Assembly: GCA_951406725.2 (NCBI GenBank)
Contig: OX597830.1
Location: 7,378,001 to 7,442,000, forward strand
Direction of reading: 5' to 3'
DNA length: 64,000 nucleotides
DNA from: Octopus vulgaris
Taxonomy: Eukaryota
Position numbers and translations under genes: made by a program
Shown: positions 56,444-64,000 of the stretch, piece after piece
Layout: each line of letters starts with the position of its first letter
Position numbering within the stretch: position 1 is the stretch's first letter
Notes under the pieces: generated by a model
Database searches by the model: none
What the model saw: the letters and a program-made list of their open reading frames with translations, nothing else
Told to the model about the DNA's origin: nothing

Positions 56444-56936
56444 TACAAGGAATGATTCATAAATGCTTTCACGACATTCATAACAGACAGAGTAAATGAA
56501 CCACAGCAAAAGAATCTAAATAACACAGACACGTATCTAGAGGAAACAGAGAGCAGAAAGAGAGAGATGTACCTCAGATTTGTTCATCAGAGAACAAACG
56601 AAGGTACCGCACATATTACACAACAGAGAGCAAAGTGAGGTTTTTAAAATTGAGGCAACAATGAGCAGAGGTACTCAACAGAGAAAGACAGGATCCATAA
56701 TATACAAACTCTATAGGCGTGAGAGTGTAAGAAGCTTGCTTCCCAAACACAGGGTTCTGGGATCAGCCTCACTGCGTGGAACCTTGGACAAGTGTCTTCA
56801 ACTGCTGCCTCAGGCCGACCAAAACCTTGTGAGTGGATTTGGTAGACGGAAACGGAAAGAAGCCCGTCGTGTAAGTATATATATACATTTATATATATAT
56901 ATATATACGAGAAAGAAGCAACAAGAATGGATTGGT

Positions 56937-57027
56937 TTTTAGTACAATTGTTTCATACAAGGACAGGCTTTATTACAAGTTGCAAAAATTGCAGCAGATA
57001 AAAGTGTCCCGTACTCATCAGCTAAAA
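56937..57027 (-). ncRNA. type-I hammerhead ribozyme motif (inverted-arm copy)
   Basis: Reverse complement of 57210-57300 with one substitution that improves stem II pairing (gggaca/tgtcct). Confidence 0.75.
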
Positions 57028-57209
57028 TACATTGATTCATCTTCTCTTCGAAACTAATAAGTTTTTTAAAAATCTGTGATAAGACTGTGCATCATCATTA
57101 AGGAACTTTGGAAAACTGTTTACAACCTGTATCTGCCTCTAATGGAACTATCTCCAATATCTCATGAGTATAACCTCACCCACTAAGATGTCTAGAGAAC
57201 TCAAATGTA

Positions 57210-57300
57210 TTTTAGCTGATGAGTACGGGAGACTTTTATCTGCTGCAATTTTTGCAACTTGTAATAAAGCCTGTCCTTGTATGAAACAATTGTACTAAAA
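57210..57300 (+). ncRNA. type-I hammerhead ribozyme motif with extended stem II
   Basis: TTTTAG-CTGATGA-[gtacggga..tccttgtat, 60 nt]-GAAAC-AATT-GTA-CTAAAA: canonical core, 6-bp stem I, palindromic stem III. Confidence 0.8.
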
Positions 57301-57515
57301 ACCAATCCATTCTTGTTGCTTCTTTCTCGTTTATAATCACCCCACATTACTGTATGGATAACACCATATAGTTTTTCTGGTGCATCTAAGTTAAGTACCA
57401 CATTCAAGTAAATTCATTAGAAGTTACTTGAATCTTAATTGCTTTTATATATATATATATATACACATACATACATACATACATACATACATACATACAT
57501 ACATACATACATACA

Positions 57516-57549
<34 letters not shown>

Positions 57550-57996
57550 CATACATATATACATACATGTTGATATCTCCCGCATTATGACGACGTAACT
57601 TCGCTGTCTGCGTGACTGGCCCGAACAGCGAAGCTAACTGAGTCTATCTAGTAGTTATTAGTAGCGGACCAACCCACTTCTCACCTGGGGACCGTCCACC
57701 ACACAACATCTTCTCCCTCTGAGATTTTTCTTCTTTCAACACAAGAAGAAATATATATGTGTGCGTGTGTATTTGTGTGTCTGTATTTGTCCCCTACCAT
57801 CGCTTGACAACCGATGTTGGTGTGTTTACGTCCCTGTAACTTAGCGGTTCTGCAAAAGATACCGATAGAAAAAGTACGAGACTTACAAAGAATAATTCCA
57901 GAAGTCGATTTTATTCGACTAAAAGCGTGCTCCAGCATGTGCGCAGTCAAATGACTGAAACAAGTAAAAGAGTAAAAGAGAATATGTTACATTTAC

Positions 57997-58121
57997 CATG
58001 AACGAGCAGCCCCACCTGGTCTGGAAATCCCCTCCAGTACATGCTTAGTACACTACAAGATATGTAAAACAGTACGCTGTATGCCATAGACAGGCAGTAC
58101 ACAGACTGCATCTTTGATAAC
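57997..58121 (-). other. candidate exon of an unidentified minus-strand gene
   Basis: Acceptor tcttttcgttctgcag|, donor G|gtaaat; one frame open (MQSVYCLSMAYSVLFYISCSVLSMYWRGFPDQVGLLVH); no homology recognised. Confidence 0.3.
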
Positions 58122-58325
58122 CTGCAGAACGAAAAGACATGCAAAAGAACAGGCTTTATTCACCGTTAAAGAACTCCGAGACTCAAACAGCTTGAAATTC
58201 CAAGCAATTCTGCTGTGAATATCTCATCGCTGTTGGCCGATATTTCTCAATGCTGCCACCTATCGTTGTTGATGAAATTGTTGTTGCTGTGATAGCTACT
58301 GCCACTGCATTTGCCGATATTTCTA

Positions 58326-58365
<40 letters not shown>

Positions 58366-58385
58366 CATTGTTATTATTATTATTA

Positions 58386-58476
<91 letters not shown>

Positions 58477-58727
58477 CATTATTGTCAAAAACTGTCTTTT
58501 ACATTTCTTTTAATTCCGCAGACAGAATTTGACAGAATTTGTGTCATTTGCTTAACTGGGCTTCCATATGGAATCATTTATCACGATTAGCTTCAAAAGC
58601 TCTTTTCATGGAATTCTAACAAATGTAATTCCTTACTATTGCGCGCGTGCATATGTGTGTATGTTTGTTCGTGTTTGGGAAGTTATATGCACAAACATAA
58701 TATATGGATGCACGTTATGTATATGTA

Positions 58728-58793
<66 letters not shown>

Positions 58794-59002
58794 AATACAC
58801 ACGCATACGCATATATATATGCATATATATATGTATATATATATACACATATATATATGTGCGTGTGTATATATTTATATATAAACACACACACGTGTGT
58901 TGAAGAAGATAGGTACATACATTCAGACATGCATAGCGGGATACATGTGCAGTTATCGATATATGTGCATGCATGTATCGATGTTATTCAGATGTTGTTG
59001 TC

Positions 59003-59072
<70 letters not shown>

Positions 59073-60576
59073 TTGATGCAATTATTGGCCACCGCTGTTG
59101 CTGTTATTCTTGTTGCCGCTGTTGCTCTTTTGATTGTTGTTGTTGTTGTTGACGACGGTGATGGTGATGATGATGATGATGATGACGACGACGACGACGA
59201 TGACGATTGCGATGTGGAAGATGTTTTCCCTACAACAAAGATGCACCAGTGGAAACTGATGCGTCGTTCATGATAAATGAATTGTAATTGAGGGTTGTGT
59301 GACCCCTGAAGTAATATCTGGTCCCAAACACACACCAGCCATTTTCTTACACACTCATAGATACGCACACGCATGCACCCACATACACATACATACACAC
59401 GCACTCATGCTCTGAGACACACACACACACACACACAAAACACTGCACATCCTTAAAGTAATTGCATTTGCAACCAACACCGCCGTCGCCGTCACCATCA
59501 TCATCATCGTCGTCGTCGCCGTCGTCATCATCACAGTATTCATCATTATCTTCATCATCTACATCATTATTCACATCATTGTCGACATTATCAATATCAG
59601 CATCAGCATCATTATCATCATCATCACCCTCGTCGTCGTCATCCCCATCATCAGCATAGTTGTAGTAGTTGCAATAGCAGAAGTAGTGGTAATAGTCATT
59701 GAGGCGGTGGTGGTGGTTGTGGTAGTGATAGTGGTGGTGGTGGTGGGGATTGTGGCGGTGGAGGGCGTGGACAACATTTGAATTTCACAAATCAAGCCAA
59801 ACAGCCATATTTGTTGATAAAAAATATTTCATGGCAAACATAGTTGTCTCCCCTGTTTCTCATTCACATTCCACCCCCACCTCACCCCCTTCTCTTTCCC
59901 TTCATCCAATAAAACTTCTTTTTATCTACCTTTTCTTCCTCCTTTTCCCTTCCACTTCTTCCTTATATATTTCTTTGCTTCAATTTCTTTCTTTCCTTCT
60001 TTCTTTCTCTTTAGTCTCTCTCTCTCATCTCTGTCCTCCATCTCTCTCTCTTTGTATGTTTGCGAATGCGTATCTGCATGTGATTCTCTGTAATTATGCA
60101 TTCTCGCAATACCTCAGCTATTCTATATCTGTTTGACAGAATGTGGGCCGCACCGCTGGCCATAAATAGAAAACTCCGCATTTCACAGTATACAACACAC
60201 ACACACAGCATACAAACCGACATCTGCAAATAAACACAGATGCATATATACCACCGTATATGCAGGCATAAAAGATCGCGCATACATGAAACACTTCAAA
60301 CATATGCATGCTGAAAAACTTGCGAAGACATCCGCATAAAATGACATATATTTGATTACACACACATATAAACACAAACTCTCACACACACACACACACA
60401 CAGAAACACGTATACAGTTAGGCATACAAAAAATATGCATGCACACAACTAAATGCTCCCTGTCTGGATTTTGTCAGGCTGTAAAAAGACATTAATAGGG
60501 GGTGGGCCACACCTACAACACACACACATGCACAGACATATTTACACACACACACACACATATAAGTATGCCTGCT

Positions 60577-60664
<88 letters not shown>

Positions 60665-60854
60665 ATTCAGTTAGAGGTTATGTTAGCCTCATGAAGGTAT
60701 GGTGTCATCCAAGGAAATACTGGTTCAATACTTAATATTTTGGGGAAATTGATTTCCTTAAGATAATAGGTGTGTATATAGATTGTAGTTAGAACTTATA
60801 AACTCTTAACTTCACAATCTCCATTTTCTTATTCTACTTACATTTTATATATAT

Positions 60855-61054
60855 ATAGTTGAAATTTATAGAAAAAAAAAAAACAGGTGAATGAACAGCA
60901 ACCAAGTATTAGTTTGACGCTCGGGAAAAATGAAAAAGGCTTTTATGTTTCGAGCCTACGCTCTTCGACAGAAAGGAACTAGAGAAAATAAATAGAGAAG
61001 GAGGGAGAGTGAAAAACAACTTGTAGATTTCAGCGGGCCAGCATGGCGAATGTG

Positions 61055-61055
<1 letters not shown>
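60855..61055 (-). mobile_element. Penelope-like pLTR fragment with minimal hammerhead-like motif
   Basis: CTTT-CTGTCGA-a-GAGCgtagGCTC-GAAAC-ATA-AAAG (60975-60940); short terminal inverted match; (TA)n on both sides. Confidence 0.65.
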
Positions 61056-61136
<81 letters not shown>

Positions 61137-61185
61137 CATACATATCTGCTACATACCTGTGATAAAATAATTATTGAGTTAGCAT

Positions 61186-62209
61186 CATTTCTGCTGTGTA
61201 TGGAGAGGGTGCCATAGCTGAAAGAACCGCTCGTGATTGGTATACCAAGTTCAAAAATAGAAATTTTGACCTTAAAGACATACCTCGTTCTGACCGTCCA
61301 GTTGAGTTCGATGAAGAGCGATTAAAACAACTTTTGCTCGAAAAATCACGTCAAACGACAAGAAAACTGGCAGGGAAAATGGAATGTTCCCACACTGCTA
61401 TAGAGAAGCATCTTCACTCGATGGGAAAGGTTCAGAAGTATGGAGCATGGGTTCCACAAGCTTTAAATGAGAACAACAAAAATCAACGAGCCACAATCTC
61501 CGCTGGCTTGCTTGCTCGTCATTGCTCAACTCATGGACACAAGCAACGATTTCTTTACCGAATCGTTACTGGCGACGAAAAACGATGCCTGTAAATCAAT
61601 ATGAAGCTTAAGGAATGGCTTAGCCCCGGTAAACAAGCAACACCGCGCGTGAAACAAGATCTTCATCCGCGTAAAACGATGTTGTGCGTATGGTGGGACT
61701 GGGAAGGGATTATTCATTACGAATTGTTTGAACGGAGCTAAAAGGTTAACGTGGAACTCTGTGTTCAAGAGATAGAACGACTCAACACGGCTATTTAAGA
61801 GAAAAGACCTAATCGGCCACATTGGGTTCTGCTGCACGTCAACGCCTGCCCTCATATCGCCAATACGACCAAGGAAGCCATTCAAACGCATGGCTGGGAA
61901 GTGCTGCCACACCCGCCGTACTCTCCTGATTTGGCACCAACGGATTTCCACCTCTTTCGATCTCTTTCAAATGCTATGCGCGGAGTTTCGTTCAATACTG
62001 ATGCAGAATTGAGAGCTTGGTTGGGTCAATTTTTCGAGTCGAAATCGGATATTGAAAACAAGGACGAGGTATTGAAAATATTGTTGAACGTTGGGAAGAA
62101 GTTGTAAACAATAATGGTGAATAAATTATTGATTAATTAGTTGTTAGTTTTATTAAACTTTTTTAAAAATTTAAATTACAAAACGGCGGGAACTTAGTTG
62201 GCAACCCAA
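61186..62209 (+). pseudogene. 5'-truncated DD34D mariner transposon (transposase pseudogene plus right TIR)
   Basis: VYGEGAI..WVPQAL..IVTGDEK..MLCVWWD..HPPYSPDLAPTDFHLFRSL with stops; TIR ..ggcgggaacttagttggcaacccaa|TA. Confidence 0.95.
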
Positions 62210-62575
62210 TAAATATAACTATATAAAGGGTATGAATACATACGAAACGAACCCACAAACATACATGAACTTCATGGACGGCCATAACGATGTCAACAAC
62301 ACAACTAACACGGTCAGCAGAAGCGACGGTGCCATCGATGGCAATAACTACAACAACTACCACGTGGCAACACCGTGGCCGAACACACATACACAGAGGA
62401 ATACAGGAACTGTACCGTATTTTGGGGTCTTAGGACAGCAGCAGCACAATGGAGTGAGAGGATGGGGCTGCTGAGGGGGAAGGCCACATTGCGGCTAAAA
62501 ACTATGACACACACGCACCCATACATACACACATACACACATACACATACACAAACACACACACGCGCGCGCGCG

Positions 62576-62617
<42 letters not shown>

Positions 62618-63046
62618 GAAGGACACAAACGCATATGCACAATCGGATACACATCTTAGGAGAACAGAATTGAGTAAGTGGAGCAAGAGCAAACACGAAA
62701 ACGAAAAGTGTCGCTGAAGATGTCACAGGTGTGTAACGAAATATTTCTGGACAATGGACATGAGTTAAAATACTTAAAATATTAAAAGAAGAACAGTAAT
62801 AAACGAATGAAGAAAAAAAATGCAGTGCGTGTGTTTATTTGGCAAAAAGAAAATAAACCGTCCCGAAATACAATATATATAAACATACTCTCTCACACAC
62901 AAAAATACAAAAGTGCCATTAATAATTTTGTGCTTTGGGTACATTAAATTGGCGAATTTATGTAACATGGTATGTATCCCCAACGAATCTTTCAGGCTCT
63001 GTTCATGTAAGTATGGTATGCTTTTGTATGTACATATTTATATAGT

Positions 63047-63368
63047 GAAGGCGTGTGGCTTAGTGGTTAGGGCATTCGGCTCGTGATCGTAAGGTCGTGA
63101 GTTCAATTCCCGGTGACGCGTTGTGTCCTTGAGCAAGACACTTTATTTCACGTTGCTCCAGTCCACTCAGCTGACAAAAATGAGCAGTACCTGTATTTCA
63201 AAACGGCCGGCCTTGTCACACTCTGTGTCTCGCTGAATCTCCCTGAGAACTACGTTAGGAGTACACGTGTCTGTGGAGTGCTCAGCCACTTGCTCGTTAA
63301 TTTCACGAGCAAGATGTTCCGTTGACCGTATCAGCTGGGACCCTCGTCGTCGTAACCGACGGAGTGCT
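63047..63368 (+). mobile_element. tRNA-derived SINE with V-domain-like core and family C tail
   Basis: gtggcttagtggttaggg A box, gagttcaattcc B box, ttgtgtccttgagcaagacactt core; tail matches 41370-41540. Confidence 0.85.
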
Positions 63369-63798
63369 TCTTTATTCCTTTACATATTGTGTAACTATAT
63401 ACATCGTGTAACTATATACTGTGTAATGTTGGCTTAGATAGACGAAACTCACTGCCAATTCTATTCTTGGTTTAGAATAAAATATTTGTATTCTACAAAC
63501 GTATGGAGTGGCCCATCTGATTCATAGAAGGTTGCTTTATTATAACTGAGCATTAAGAAGGAAAACAAATACGCACACACACGCGCACACATATTTATCT
63601 CACCACTTATATATACGTGTGTGGATATGTTGGTGGATCCGTGCGTGTGTATGTGTGAGTTAAGCTTAAATAGAGTGACGCTATAAATAAGATATATAAA
63701 ATAGAATTCATCCACACATGCACTCTATAGATATTAAATCGGGCCATTCAGAGATGGTTCCTACGTATCTATACGTGGGTCTCTGCCTGTCAGTGTGC

Positions 63799-63849
<51 letters not shown>

Positions 63850-64000
63850 TGTATACATAAATACATACATGCCTCAAACGAAAACAATGAGGCAGGGTCT
63901 TAACACCGATCCAAACTGCCTTTGAATGTCGAATTATATCCCTTCAGCAATATATTTTAACCAACAAGTGTCGAAGTGCATCCCTTGACCAAGTTTGTAG

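Larger units (their letters stand above)
56716..57980 (+). mobile_element. family B SINE split by insertions in its internal microsatellite
   Basis: Head 56716-56870, tail 57750-57980. Confidence 0.85.

Noticed and set aside
63047-63115. tRNA gene (also at 41224 and 38942)
   Set aside because: A and B boxes are present but continue into SINE cores; no acceptor-stem closure or Pol III terminator

Overview
AT-rich, extremely microsatellite-dense eukaryotic intergenic or intronic DNA. The SINE families and repeat load point to an octopod cephalopod (Octopus sp.); this is an inference from repeat content. I recognise no intact protein-coding gene, and almost all ORFs in the track are translations of simple repeats. 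The recognisable protein fragments are all broken transposon remnants: an internally deleted IR/DR Tc1, a DD37D (maT) transposase, a DD34D mariner, an RTE-clade LINE 3' end and an R4/Dong-type RLE C-terminus. The window also holds many tRNA-derived SINEs (three family groups), hAT and Tigger-like MITEs and a non-autonomous Helitron. The most striking unannotated structure is a set of about ten short elements, mostly unrelated in sequence. Most sit in (TA)n tracts, many fold back as inverted repeats, and each carries a type-I hammerhead-ribozyme-like motif, often with a palindromic stem III. This is the signature of Penelope-like retroelement pLTRs. One young copy (56907-57330) has two canonical-core hammerheads on opposite strands with an unusual ~60-nt stem II. 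Other observations are an exact 105-bp templated insertion with a 21-bp duplication, three AG|GT recursive-splice-like sites, a candidate minus-strand exon, and motif-rich unique islands. All structures were read by eye; no folding or database search was run.
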